Translations under genes and position numbers: made by a program
Sequence record: NC_105618.1
Direction: 5' to 3' (one strand)
Origin: a phage
DNA length: 50,465 bases
Notes under the pieces: generated by a model
What the model was told of the DNA's origin: nothing
What the model saw: the letters and a program-made list of their open reading frames with translations, nothing else
Databases searched by the model: none
Shown: positions 27,908 through 37,450 of the stretch, in pieces
Position numbering within the stretch: the stretch's first letter is position 1
Layout of the letters: every line of letters starts with the position of its first letter

Positions 27908-29926
27908 GTGACAATTAACATCAAAAAGCAAATCGCATTACTTGGCGAGGACTATATAAAACGCACTCAAGAACGATTCACTGTTGGTGAGGTCGTTCCG
28001 TATCCGTACCAGGTTGTTGCTTATGCTGAGATCGCAAAACGCCTATCAAATTATGAGCATCCATTCTTTGTTAAAGCGTCAGTATCGGCGGGTAAGACCA
28101 TCATTTTTGCTATGGTTGCAAAGCAGTGTCAAAAAATGGGCTTGAAAATGCTTGTGCTGGCACGCCAGGGTGAGATTGTCGATCAGGATAGTGAAGAGAT
28201 CGACAATTTCGGAGTGACTAACTCTATATTCTCAGCGTCACTTGGAATCAAGTCTTGCTACTTCCCGATCGTGGTAGGCTCTGAGGGCACTGTTGCAAAT
28301 GGTTTAAATAATGAGTTGGCTGATTTTGTCCCTCACGTAATCGGGATAGATGAATGTCACCAGGTGGATTGGGAAGACCTTGCGCAAGCCATAGACGGAA
28401 AGGAAACAATGGAACAGATGCGGGGAGAGAAAGGGAAGATTATCATGGACGGTGATACTCCTCTGATTGGTAATGATGGAAAGCCTCTTCTTGGAACTAA
28501 GCGAAGCCAGTACACGATCGTAATCATGGAGATGATGCGTCGCTGTAAAGAGGTTCACGGGCATGACCTCAGAATATTTGGAATGACTGGATCTGAATTT
28601 AGGGGAGTTGTTCCAATCCTAGTTGAAAATCCAAAAGCATTGGGATTCTGGCGCGAGCGAGTTACTGATATCGACACTAACTATCTTATTGAGTTTGGCT
28701 CTGTCGTTCCGACGATATTCGGCTCAACAGACGGAGTTCACTACGATCTGGATAAGTTCAAGGCGTCTAGCGAGGACGGGGTTCAGGACTTTACAGAGAA
28801 AGATATGAAGGCGATGGAAGATGAGATCCTTCATGATAAATCTCTGACTCAGCGAATCATGCAAATGGTTGCCAAAAAGGCTGAAGAGCGTAACGCTGTT
28901 TTGATTACGTGCGCCGGGGTGCGTCACTGTAAAGAGGCTGCTGCGGCACTTCCTCCAGGGAGCACCTATGCAATCATCACTGGCGACACAGACACAAAAA
29001 CTCGCAAGAAGATTCTGGATGACGTAAGGGCTGGGAAGATTAAATATACCTTTCAGGTAATGGCGCTAACGACTGGCGTTAACGTTCCAAATTGGGATTT
29101 CAGTGTCATACTTCGAAAGATAGGATCGCTCACGCTGTTAATTCAACTTTTGGGTAGGGGTATGCGACTGCTTAAATCCTGGCAGGTTGCTGAAGGGATG
29201 GTTAAGCAAGACCATCTTGTATGGGATTTCGCTGGCACTATGGATGAGTTGGGGCAGCTTTATTTCGATCCGATACTTGAGCAGGCACAATTTCAGAAGC
29301 GATTCGAAAACGGCAAAGACCCGAAAACGTGTCCGAAGTGTGGTTGCGTAAATAGCTTTTACGCTCGCCGATGCGTTAACGTTATCGACGGTGAGCGATG
29401 CGATCACTTCTGGACTTCTCAGATTTGCGAGGACCAGGTTGATGAGCGAACCGGGAAAATCCTTGTTAAAGGTTGCGGTGCCGAGAATGACGTTGTCGCG
29501 AGAGTATGTCGTTGTTGTGATGTTTCTCTCGTCGATCCTAACCTGAAGTTGTCCGGTAAGGCGTACACCAAGAATGACTGGTACGAGGTAAAGAATTTTG
29601 AGGTTACGCTAACCAAAAACCAAAAGGGCATTATATACAAATACACGCTGATTAATGATGACGGTGATGAGTTCAAGGCGTATGAAAAATTCTTCCCTGA
29701 GTCAGACTCTAAGATTTGCGGTACGCTATGGAAAACAAAAGGTGTATTACCTCATGTGTCAGATCCTAAAATGCGCCGCTACTTTATCGGAATGAAGAAC
29801 GCCATAAAGATCGTGCAATACTCTCATCATATAGCGCATCCGGTACGCGTTACTCATAGACGCAACCAGAAGAAAGAGGATATTATTTCACGCAAAGATT
29901 TCGGTATGGAGGATATCCCGGAATGA
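27908..29926 (+). CDS. ATP-dependent helicase (SF2, DEAD/DEAH-like)
   Basis: Walker A SVSAGKT, DEAH-like IDECHQ, C-terminal Cys clusters. Confidence 0.8.
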   Translation: MTINIKKQIALLGEDYIKRTQERFTVGEVVPYPYQVVAYAEIAKRLSNYEHPFFVKASVSAGKTIIFAMVAKQCQKMGLKMLVLARQGEIVDQDSEEIDNFGVTNSIFSASLGIKSCYFPIVVGSEGTVANGLNNELADFVPHVIGIDECHQVDWEDLAQAIDGKETMEQMRGEKGKIIMDGDTPLIGNDGKPLLGTKRSQYTIVIMEMMRRCKEVHGHDLRIFGMTGSEFRGVVPILVENPKALGFWRERVTDIDTNYLIEFGSVVPTIFGSTDGVHYDLDKFKASSEDGVQDFTEKDMKAMEDEILHDKSLTQRIMQMVAKKAEERNAVLITCAGVRHCKEAAAALPPGSTYAIITGDTDTKTRKKILDDVRAGKIKYTFQVMALTTGVNVPNWDFSVILRKIGSLTLLIQLLGRGMRLLKSWQVAEGMVKQDHLVWDFAGTMDELGQLYFDPILEQAQFQKRFENGKDPKTCPKCGCVNSFYARRCVNVIDGERCDHFWTSQICEDQVDERTGKILVKGCGAENDVVARVCRCCDVSLVDPNLKLSGKAYTKNDWYEVKNFEVTLTKNQKGIIYKYTLINDDGDEFKAYEKFFPESDSKICGTLWKTKGVLPHVSDPKMRRYFIGMKNAIKIVQYSHHIAHPVRVTHRRNQKKEDIISRKDFGMEDIPE

Positions 29927-30339
29927 TTACAGATAAAGGCGATTACTTAGAGTTTTACGAGCGAGATCCTAGCGACACTCGAAAGGAGGACGCTCATCAA
30001 GTAGATTGCGTGTCCTGGTTGAAATACAATTTTCCTCAGCTTCTATTTTGGCACACAGTTAACGAAGGTGAAAAAACAATCACCTCGGCACTTAGGGATG
30101 AGCAGGCTGGATTGCTTAAAGGCGTATCAGACTTCGTTATCCTGATAGGTGTAAACTCACGCTACCCGTTTGCAGCTATCGAACTCAAGCGAGTTAATAA
30201 GTCCGGAAAAGGAAAGGCATCACCAGTCAGCGATAAGCAAAGGGAGTTTCTCAAAAAGGTTCGGGATCGCGGTGGATTCTCTGCCGTTGCATACGGATTT
30301 GAGCAATTCAAGCTGGCGATATACGATTTAACTAAATAG
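29923..30339 (+). CDS. VRR-NUC domain nuclease
   Basis: about 138 aa; GVSDFVIL ... IELK pattern consistent with a D...(D/E)XK core of VRR-NUC proteins. Confidence 0.6.
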   Translation: MITDKGDYLEFYERDPSDTRKEDAHQVDCVSWLKYNFPQLLFWHTVNEGEKTITSALRDEQAGLLKGVSDFVILIGVNSRYPFAAIELKRVNKSGKGKASPVSDKQREFLKKVRDRGGFSAVAYGFEQFKLAIYDLTK

Positions 30340-30379
30340 CACTTTTTGTTAAAACCGCCGGAATGGAATCTGGCATTAT
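30337..30379 (+). promoter_or_regulatory. palindromic-motif promoter module
   Basis: TAGCA-N5-TGTTA, 22 nt, CATTAT; upstream of Dam gene. Confidence 0.45.
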
Positions 30380-30406
30380 TATCTCACCGAAACGAGAGGA
30401 CTAAAA

Positions 30407-31120
30407 ATGAAAGACTTTAATGATATCGAAACAATCGACTTTGCAGAAACTGGGTGCTCATTCACTCGCGAAGCAATAGCATCAGGCGGTTATTATCAAG
30501 CATTGAAAACGCCAACCTGCAAAGAGATTTCTGGTCGTCGATACAAGGGAACAAATACGCCGGATGTTGTTCGTGATTTATGGTCAACTCCACGCGAGGT
30601 TATCGCATACCTTGAGGGTCGCTACGGAAAATATGATCTCGACGCTGCGGCAAGCGAAGAAAATAAAGTTTGCGAGAAGTTTTATTCCCAGGAAACAAAC
30701 TGCTTAAAACGTTGGTGGGGTAAAAATAAGCACGTATGGTTAAACCCTCCTTACAGTCGACCTGATATATTCGTCAAGAAAGCGATTGAGCAAATGGAGC
30801 ACAACAACCAGATCGATATTCTTTTACCTGCCGATAACTCGACTGCGTGGTTTACTGAGGCTCGACAGCACGCGGCTGAAATCATCTGGATTGAAGCTGA
30901 TTTGACTGAGGATATTGACGGCAATGAATACGCACGATCCGGTCGTCTGGCTTTCATATCAGGTGAAACTGGAAAAGCAGTAGACGGCAACAACAAAGGT
31001 TCGGTGATTTTTATTATGCGCAAACTTAAAGAAGGTGAGACGCAACAGACTCACTACATCCCAATCACAAGCATTTGCCCTTCTGTCAAAAACAAACGAG
31101 CAAAGGTGAGGAAAGTATGA
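30407..31120 (+). CDS. dam: DNA N6-adenine methyltransferase (phage Dam-type)
   Basis: DLDAAAS and NPPYS catalytic motifs. Confidence 0.8.
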   Translation: MKDFNDIETIDFAETGCSFTREAIASGGYYQALKTPTCKEISGRRYKGTNTPDVVRDLWSTPREVIAYLEGRYGKYDLDAAASEENKVCEKFYSQETNCLKRWWGKNKHVWLNPPYSRPDIFVKKAIEQMEHNNQIDILLPADNSTAWFTEARQHAAEIIWIEADLTEDIDGNEYARSGRLAFISGETGKAVDGNNKGSVIFIMRKLKEGETQQTHYIPITSICPSVKNKRAKVRKV

Positions 31121-31368
31121 TGAGCGAAAAAATGGTTCCTGTTAAATTAACTGATCAATGGTTATGGCTTCTTTATCGCGCTACGTGCTGCGAAATTATG
31201 GAGCAAAGCGGATTGACTAAGGATGTTATTGGCTGCGATCTGTGGGAGTTCACCAGTTCTCTTGATATGTCTTTCGATGAGATAAAAAATGAATATATCG
31301 AGCATTGGCCTTTGATTATCCAGAAAGACGTAGAGGAACTTAAAGCCGATACAATCTCACAGCACTAA
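31117..31368 (+). CDS. hypothetical protein
   Basis: ATGA overlap with Dam stop; in-frame ATG 31117. Confidence 0.4.
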   Translation: MMSEKMVPVKLTDQWLWLLYRATCCEIMEQSGLTKDVIGCDLWEFTSSLDMSFDEIKNEYIEHWPLIIQKDVEELKADTISQH

Positions 31369-31402
31369 TTGCTAAAAATACCCGGCGAAAGTCGGGTATA
31401 GT
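31360..31402 (+). promoter_or_regulatory. palindromic-motif promoter module
   Basis: CAGCA-N5-TGCTA, 22 nt, TATAGT inside hairpin ACCCG...CGGGT. Confidence 0.5.
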
Positions 31403-31434
31403 TATTTCATCAAAACGAAATGAGGAATCAGAAG

Positions 31435-31644
31435 ATGGCACGCATTAACGCAAACTTTTTCAATATCGCTCAACAGTCAGCAAAGATGGCTGTTCATATC
31501 ACTGACAAGAAAGGCGGCAATTTTGATTGGGATATTGCCATGAACTTCCTTAAAATGTCCTATTACCTATGCTCAGTCAAAGATGTTGAGTGTTTTATTG
31601 AAAGCGTAGAGAAACTAACCAATGCTGATAAAAAAACAAGGTAA
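31435..31644 (+). CDS. hypothetical protein
   Basis: GAGGA RBS before in-frame ATG 31435. Confidence 0.4.
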   Translation: MARINANFFNIAQQSAKMAVHITDKKGGNFDWDIAMNFLKMSYYLCSVKDVECFIESVEKLTNADKKTR

Positions 31645-31894
31645 ACGAGAGGTTTGGGAGCACGCGAAGGAATGCGGAATCTCAGACGATATAGCACTAA
31701 TAGCGAAATATTTCGATATAAAGGATGTTAGCATTATCTCAAATGGCAAGATTTCATTTATGGAAGATATGCCGAGAAAAATGCATAGAGTGCCAGCAAC
31801 TCCGTCACTTGAGTTTTATCGTGAAGAGGGAAAGAGAATTGAGCGAGAACGAAAAACAGCAAAGAACAACAAGTCTTCCAGGCTTAAACATTAA
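31622..31894 (+). CDS. hypothetical protein (overlaps next ORF)
   Basis: track ORF; overlaps 31725-32126 in another frame, cannot both be fully coding. Confidence 0.25.
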   Translation: MLIKKQGKREVWEHAKECGISDDIALIAKYFDIKDVSIISNGKISFMEDMPRKMHRVPATPSLEFYREEGKRIERERKTAKNNKSSRLKH

Positions 31895-32126
31895 CGAAGA
31901 CGATTACCAGGCCATATGGATCGGAAAGAAGAAGGTTAAGAAAATCCCTTTCTCTGATTGGTTGCCTCCTGACTTCGTTAACGCGCTGTGTACCATAGGG
32001 ATCGATCAGGAATTGCATATAGGTTATTACTCACCTGGTAGAAACAGTATGATGCTTGAGGTTGACGGAAAGCTAGTTGAGTTTAAATCGTCAGATCTAG
32101 GATTCTGGTTAAAGGCTGTGGCATGA
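31839..32126 (+). CDS. hypothetical protein (possible TTG start)
   Basis: purine-rich GAGGGAAAGAGAA before in-frame TTG 31839; alternative is ATG 31725. Confidence 0.25.
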   Translation: MSENEKQQRTTSLPGLNINEDDYQAIWIGKKKVKKIPFSDWLPPDFVNALCTIGIDQELHIGYYSPGRNSMMLEVDGKLVEFKSSDLGFWLKAVA

Positions 32127-32204
32127 ATCTTTATTTTGCTGTAGTATTAACACCGCTAATTTCATTTTCAGTAATGTATTTCATTATCATGTAAGGATTA
32201 AAAT

Positions 32205-33356
32205 ATGTCACAAGCTAAAATCACTACCGAGCAACTTATCGAAGAGCGCATGAGCGGACTTACACTTCGCGAGATTGCGGAAAAGTACGGCATGCACATT
32301 CGAACTGTTGAAGCTCGTCACGCAAAACTTGCAAAGGAAGGTCACTTCCACGGTAACGAGCATGTTGCTAAGAACGTACCGGAAGGATTCATGGTAAAAG
32401 GCACATCAACGATGATTCGCGGCGATGGGACCGAGGTAGTGCGATGGGTTAAGACCGATCAGGACCGTGAGAAGATTGCGGCAATGATGGAAGCAGCGCG
32501 TATTGCATTCTGTGAAGACTTGCCGAGAGCAAAACCAACTGAGCTACTCACATCGCAAGGGCTTACAACCGCTATTGGCAAGCTGGCACTCTACCCGGTG
32601 TTCGATCTTCACATTGGCGCGCTTGCTCACAAGCATGAATGCGGAGAGAACTACTCTACAGACGTAGCGGAAAAAGTGCTGAATGACTTCTTTAACTACG
32701 CGATCGATATTGCCCCGAACGCAGAGAAGGCTGTTCTGTTAATCGGCGGCGACTTCCTTCACTCAGACGGTCTTGATGCTGTCACCCCGGCAAGCGGTCA
32801 CGTTCTGGATCAGGATTCACGATATGCGAAATTGGTGCATGTGGCTATTCGATCGGTGCGAAGAGCTATCGACAAAATGCTGACTAAACACAAAGAGGTC
32901 GAAGTTCAGGTTATCGAAGGGAACCACGACCAGGCCGGAATGATTTGGTTGCGCGCTGCAATGGCTGCATACTATGAAGATGAGCCGCGAGTATTCGTTG
33001 ACGTTAGTCCTATGATTCTTCATAAGACCCGCTGGGGAAATACCTTGTTGGGATACACTCACGGTCACACGATGAAAAAGGCAGACACGCGACTTGCAGC
33101 GATGGCGGCAGACTTCCGTGCAGACTTCGGTGAAAGCAAATACGTGTATACTCACAGCGGACACTGGCATCATCAAACAATCACAGAGCACTCTCTCGGT
33201 ATTGATGAGGTTCACGGTCAGCTTGGGGCGAAAGACGCATACGCCGCGCGGGGCGGGTGGCGCTCATATCGCCAGGCGGCGGTAATCGTTTACGATAAAC
33301 AGTTTGGTGAAATCGGTCGATTCATCTATCGTCCAGAAATGACAGGATCGCACTAA
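32205..33356 (+). CDS. HTH domain fused to calcineurin-like metallophosphoesterase
   Basis: N-terminal LTLREIAEKYGMHIRTVEARH HTH; phosphoesterase motifs FDLHIG, GGDFLHSDG, GNHD, GHTH, GHWHH. Confidence 0.65.
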   Translation: MSQAKITTEQLIEERMSGLTLREIAEKYGMHIRTVEARHAKLAKEGHFHGNEHVAKNVPEGFMVKGTSTMIRGDGTEVVRWVKTDQDREKIAAMMEAARIAFCEDLPRAKPTELLTSQGLTTAIGKLALYPVFDLHIGALAHKHECGENYSTDVAEKVLNDFFNYAIDIAPNAEKAVLLIGGDFLHSDGLDAVTPASGHVLDQDSRYAKLVHVAIRSVRRAIDKMLTKHKEVEVQVIEGNHDQAGMIWLRAAMAAYYEDEPRVFVDVSPMILHKTRWGNTLLGYTHGHTMKKADTRLAAMAADFRADFGESKYVYTHSGHWHHQTITEHSLGIDEVHGQLGAKDAYAARGGWRSYRQAAVIVYDKQFGEIGRFIYRPEMTGSH

Positions 33357-33390
33357 TCGCTAAAAACTCCCGAAGGGATTCTGGTATAGT
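33348..33390 (+). promoter_or_regulatory. palindromic-motif promoter module (degenerate half-sites)
   Basis: TCGCA-N5-CGCTA, 22 nt, TATAGT. Confidence 0.4.
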
Positions 33391-33419
33391 GACCACATAG
33401 AAAACAAAGAGGGTATTTC

Positions 33420-33596
33420 ATGAAACGAGTTAAATGCATCCGAAATGATTCAAAAACGCTTCCATTCCGCGTAAATCAGATCTATAGTGTTGGTTATAAT
33501 TTCGGTGGTGGATTGTTTGAGATTTACGATGGTAGAGGTTCAACAATCCAAGCTCCTCTGAACGGTCATTACCTGGAATTTATTGAGCTAGATTAA
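33420..33596 (+). CDS. hypothetical small protein (58 aa)
   Basis: AGAGGG RBS; not in track (<60 aa); followed by terminator. Confidence 0.3.
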   Translation: MKRVKCIRNDSKTLPFRVNQIYSVGYNFGGGLFEIYDGRGSTIQAPLNGHYLEFIELD

Positions 33597-33616
33597 CAAT
33601 ATCATTCATAACCTTA

Positions 33617-33648
33617 CGGGCTGGCATGGTTTACATGCTGGCCTTTTT
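33617..33648 (+). terminator. intrinsic terminator
   Basis: GGCTGGCATG...CATGCTGGCC hairpin then TTTTT. Confidence 0.5.
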
Positions 33649-33714
33649 GCGTTGTGTCAAATATATTTGAGGGTTAAAATCAACTCACCTGTTCAAAAAA
33701 TAAATGGTGATATT

Positions 33715-33930
33715 ATGAAAGAGTTTTTAACTGCGGCGACGTCCAGCACTGGCGGTGCTTCACTAGTCGGTGCCGCTACTGGGCAACTTTATATTGCTGG
33801 CGCTACATTCATTTGCTTTCTTCTTTTTGGCGTATGGGGCGCGTACTGGAAGTATCGAGATAGCAAGGCAATCCAGGAGGCGCTAAACGATGGCGATCTT
33901 AATAAGGCGCTTAGGATTAGGGGGCGATAA
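33715..33930 (+). CDS. putative pinholin
   Basis: 71 aa, two hydrophobic segments (Gly/Ala-rich then [15 protein letters not shown]), GGTGA RBS, overlaps endolysin start. Confidence 0.5.
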   Translation: MKEFLTAATSSTGGASLVGAATGQLYIAGATFICFLLFGVWGAYWKYRDSKAIQEALNDGDLNKALRIRGR

Positions 33931-34418
33931 TGGGATTAAAAAATAACGTTATAGGCGCATCGATCGGTGCTGCTTTGACTTTGACACCTACCCTACTGGA
34001 ACGAATCGAAGGTATAGAATACGAGGTTTATTACGATATCGCCGGAGTCCCTACCGTATGCAGCGGAATAACCGGGCCGGACGTCATACCTGGTAAGAAA
34101 TACACTAAGCGAGAATGCGATGCATTACTGATAAAACATATCGGCGTCGCTCAGCGATACGTTGACAAAAAGGTGAATGTTGATATTCCGGTAACGATGC
34201 GCGCGTCACTGTACAGCTTCACTTTCAACGTTGGTACTGGCGCGTTCGGATCTTCTACAATGCTTAAGCTAATAAATCAGAGTAAGCACAAGGAAGCGTG
34301 CAATCAGTTATGGCGATGGGTATACTACTACAACCCAAAAACCAAAAAGCGCGAAGTGTCTAGAGGACTCAAGAGCCGACGCGCTGAAGAATACGCGTAT
34401 TGCGTTAAGGAATTATGA
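33930..34418 (+). CDS. SAR endolysin (T4-lysozyme-like glycosidase)
   Basis: N-terminal Gly/Ala/Ser-rich signal-anchor-release segment; catalytic-region pattern [22 protein letters not shown]. Confidence 0.8.
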   Translation: MGLKNNVIGASIGAALTLTPTLLERIEGIEYEVYYDIAGVPTVCSGITGPDVIPGKKYTKRECDALLIKHIGVAQRYVDKKVNVDIPVTMRASLYSFTFNVGTGAFGSSTMLKLINQSKHKEACNQLWRWVYYYNPKTKKREVSRGLKSRRAEEYAYCVKEL

Positions 34419-34819
34419 TGAAACTGAAGAAAACGTGCATTGCGATTGCAGTGGCTTTTGGTGTTATTTCCCTATCCGGTTGCTCGACTGCATCTGCCCT
34501 GAGCGGTTTAATCGGATCTAAACCGGAAGTTACAGCACAAATCGGAGAGGAGAACACAAAGCAATTAGCAGGAGTAACCGCAAAATCCGAAGATAAGCGA
34601 GATGTTAAAGTTGAGAAGTCCAATGTAGGAAAGATTGACTCTTCCTTGAAGAAGTCAATTGAAGTGTCAACAATTAAGGCCAACACGGTTAACGCTGAAA
34701 GCATCACGGTAACAAAATCGGAAAACTGGTACGATGCTATAGTTGGCTGGATTCTCGTTTTTATCGGTCTATTGCTGGTTTATTTTTCACTTCGTAAGGA
34801 CGAAAAAAAGGAGGCTTAG
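34415..34819 (+). CDS. unimolecular spanin (u-spanin)
   Basis: N-terminal lipoprotein signal with lipobox LSGC plus C-terminal transmembrane helix; directly follows endolysin. Confidence 0.7.
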   Translation: MMKLKKTCIAIAVAFGVISLSGCSTASALSGLIGSKPEVTAQIGEENTKQLAGVTAKSEDKRDVKVEKSNVGKIDSSLKKSIEVSTIKANTVNAESITVTKSENWYDAIVGWILVFIGLLLVYFSLRKDEKKEA

Positions 34820-34834
34820 CCTCCTTTGTTATTT
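34806..34834. terminator. bidirectional intrinsic terminator
   Basis: AAAGGAGGC-TTAG-CCTCCTTT hairpin flanked by A-run and T-rich run. Confidence 0.6.
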
Positions 34835-34940
34835 GTACCTTTTGACGTGGAGTAGCAACTCACCTTCCTGATCGCAAAGATTGTGCTCACTGTCGTTGTT
34901 GGCCCTCATTGAAGTGAGCAACAGACTCAACAACCCTTGC

Positions 34941-35348
34941 TCAAATTCTTCTTTCGTAAGCTGGAGCCTTGCGCACAATTCGACGTTCCGATCTATCAAC
35001 GTTTCTACGTTCGCTAAACAAGTCTTCATCACTCATTTCTCCAATGTGCATCATTTCCCATGTATATCGATTGTTGTAGCCATCAATACACATAAGCCTC
35101 ATCATTACCGGGCGCTTAATTTTCCCCTTGCACCAGTAAACCCCATCCTTGCGATCCAAGTAACCCTCAGTCACGCAACGAGCGCAAAACTCCTTAGATA
35201 GCGCGCTTGTAAATTCACGGCGAGTCATTCCGGCGGCCTTAGCAAATCGCTCACTTTCCTTGTGGGCGTATATAAATTTCGCTATGTGCTGCCGGGTGTA
35301 TTTGTCGTAACCTTCGCAGAACCGGAACAGATCTAAAAGAAGAAGCAT
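34941..35348 (-). CDS. hypothetical protein (possible DNA-binding)
   Basis: track ORF; basic C-terminus; coupled to upstream gene stop. Confidence 0.4.
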   Translation of the reverse strand: MLLLLDLFRFCEGYDKYTRQHIAKFIYAHKESERFAKAAGMTRREFTSALSKEFCARCVTEGYLDRKDGVYWCKGKIKRPVMMRLMCIDGYNNRYTWEMMHIGEMSDEDLFSERRNVDRSERRIVRKAPAYERRI

Positions 35349-35352
35349 ATTA

Positions 35353-36921
35353 TTAACCCATCAGTCGAGGATTGATGAAAACAATATCATCAATACGGCA
35401 AGTGTAGTTCATTTCTTCGAGCGTGATCAGCAAACTATCGATTCGCTCAGCTACTTTCTGTTGACCATTAAACGGCGTAACGTTCCGACACTTCGCAACG
35501 ATGCTATGAATCGGTGCTCGGCCTTTGTTCTTCTTCGCGATCTCAGTGATAACATCAATCAGCTTTCGAGATTCAGCCTCATCACCAGCATACCCGGCTG
35601 CGCTTGCGGACGAAAGATAAGTCCTGGAAAGCTCATTGAAAATCATAATCGCTTCCTGCATTGTCTCAAGATCAATCTCACGATTAGATCGGTTCGGTGA
35701 TTCGCCCTCCCAATTCTTGATCGTGTGAAGAACTGAAGCAATGCGCAAAGCGTGCTTATCGAACTTACCAAGATGACCGCGTAGCATTGAGTGAGAGTAT
35801 TTCCCCCCGGCGGCGAAATCCGGCTCCATAGCCTGACGCGCCAGGTTTAATTCACGCATAGCGTTACGGCTAACAGAAAGAACAACGTTTTCCTCCTTCA
35901 TGATGTTATGCACAAGTCGGTAATATTTGCTAACCAATCCGCGATCGACTTCCTTATACAGTGCATCACCATTTTCATCGCAAAGAATACGAGTACCTAA
36001 AAGCGGTTCCTCGCGAACCAACAGGAAACGCTCAGATACACCGATTCCTCGCTGGCCTGCATCCATTATACCCTTGATTGTTTCATCCTGAGCAATTACG
36101 CAGATCGAACCTACCGGGCACAGAGACAAGTTGTTGTCCTGATTTGAGCGAGCTACCTCCATATGGTTTTTATCCCACGCCTTAAGAATAAGCTCACTGT
36201 TAGATTTCTTATCTGAACCGCCATACGTAAGCCCGAGCAATGTATTTATTGCCGTTGCCTCATCAGAGATAACGGAAAAGTGGCCCTGAACAGCGGCTAC
36301 TTTCGCAAGACCTTCCGGTGTAGGATCTGATACAGCAAAAACAATATCAGCCATCTTCTTGATCTTCTCTTCCAGTTTTTCTTTGTCCTCGTACAGTGCC
36401 GCAGTCGTATTACCCTTCGGGTCGTTTTTAATTTCCTTCTCGACCTGACGTAGCTGACTGGTTAATCGGGTGCGTTCCTTTTTGCGCTCTTCATTCAGTC
36501 GCTGAATCTCCGCACGCATAGGTGTAATCGCCGCTGAGTTAATCGCGGATTTACCTGTTGACGGTGGCTGGCTGATTACCATGTAAAGAGCGGTCGGTTG
36601 CTCTTCTCCGTGATATTGCACCCAAAACTTACCGAGCATCGCGGCTGAGATGCACCCGATGAAATGAGCGTACGCGGATGACACCGGGAACTGGACTGAT
36701 TCAGCTTTTGCTTTTGCATATTCGAATACCAGGTTATCGCCACCTAACGAAATCAGAGGGAACTTATCGTTGCCGCTATTGATATCGATCGGATCTTGCC
36801 AAAATGAAACTGAGTCACCATAGCTGTTTTCACGAATTGCGATCGCCACCGGATTAACTCCAGTGCTATTGGCGATCTCAATAATCTGTTGGTAATTCAG
36901 TTTTGGCTTAATATTAAACAT
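35353..36921 (-). CDS. putative P-loop ATPase
   Basis: deviant Walker A QPPSTGKS and Walker B-like FSVISDEAT; AAGGAG RBS before in-frame ATG 36921 (track start 36984 runs through promoter module). Confidence 0.55.
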   Translation of the reverse strand: MFNIKPKLNYQQIIEIANSTGVNPVAIAIRENSYGDSVSFWQDPIDINSGNDKFPLISLGGDNLVFEYAKAKAESVQFPVSSAYAHFIGCISAAMLGKFWVQYHGEEQPTALYMVISQPPSTGKSAINSAAITPMRAEIQRLNEERKKERTRLTSQLRQVEKEIKNDPKGNTTAALYEDKEKLEEKIKKMADIVFAVSDPTPEGLAKVAAVQGHFSVISDEATAINTLLGLTYGGSDKKSNSELILKAWDKNHMEVARSNQDNNLSLCPVGSICVIAQDETIKGIMDAGQRGIGVSERFLLVREEPLLGTRILCDENGDALYKEVDRGLVSKYYRLVHNIMKEENVVLSVSRNAMRELNLARQAMEPDFAAGGKYSHSMLRGHLGKFDKHALRIASVLHTIKNWEGESPNRSNREIDLETMQEAIMIFNELSRTYLSSASAAGYAGDEAESRKLIDVITEIAKKNKGRAPIHSIVAKCRNVTPFNGQQKVAERIDSLLITLEEMNYTCRIDDIVFINPRLMG

Positions 36922-36948
36922 CACAATAAACTCCTTAGTTGACGGTGT

Positions 36949-36993
36949 AAATGATACACCGCCAATGGTACACGCGTTTTGCAAAAAGTGCTA
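36949..36993 (-). promoter_or_regulatory. palindromic-motif promoter module
   Basis: minus strand TAGCA-N5-TGCAA, then hairpin CGGTGT...ACACCG with TATCAT. Confidence 0.45.
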
Positions 36994-36997
36994 TTGG

Positions 36998-37414
36998 TTA
37001 TAAGTATTTGGCCTCAAAGGTTGTGCCGTCTGCGATACTAAAACCAACCTCTTCGCGAAATAAGGTCCAGCGACAACCATCTTCATCAAAGATGTAACCA
37101 GCTACTCCACCGAGAGCGCGACCGCTTTCAACCTGGTAACGCTTGCCAACTTTGAATGATTTTTTCATTGGGTTGCGATGGTCAAGCCCGGTGCACTTGA
37201 GTGTTTTGGTTTTAAGTTCAGTGAATTTTGCGAAGAAGATTTCATCAGATCCGTGAATCTGTAATTCATCGTGCTTTTCAAGTTTTAAATACTTACCACA
37301 CTTTAACTTAACCTCACGAGTACCATCGTAGCGCTCTCGACCTTTGTACAGGTTGTTAACTTCAAATCCTGTGATTTTGTCTGCGGAAGTACATTTAAGT
37401 TTGATGGATTTCAT
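36998..37414 (-). CDS. hypothetical protein with repeated K.KC...GK.Y domain
   Basis: two copies of small motif shared with ORFs 44097, 45595, 46658. Confidence 0.5.
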   Translation of the reverse strand: MKSIKLKCTSADKITGFEVNNLYKGRERYDGTREVKLKCGKYLKLEKHDELQIHGSDEIFFAKFTELKTKTLKCTGLDHRNPMKKSFKVGKRYQVESGRALGGVAGYIFDEDGCRWTLFREEVGFSIADGTTFEAKYL

Positions 37415-37450
37415 TGCGTTAACTCCTGATTGGTTATCTTGAATAAGGTC

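Noticed and set aside
36922-36984. Upstream extensions of track ORFs (35353-36984, 46616-47104, 2137-3471, 33652-33930, 22958-23638, 14402-15241)
   Set aside because: Each extension lacks an RBS and runs through a promoter module or terminator, while an in-frame downstream ATG has a strong RBS at correct spacing.
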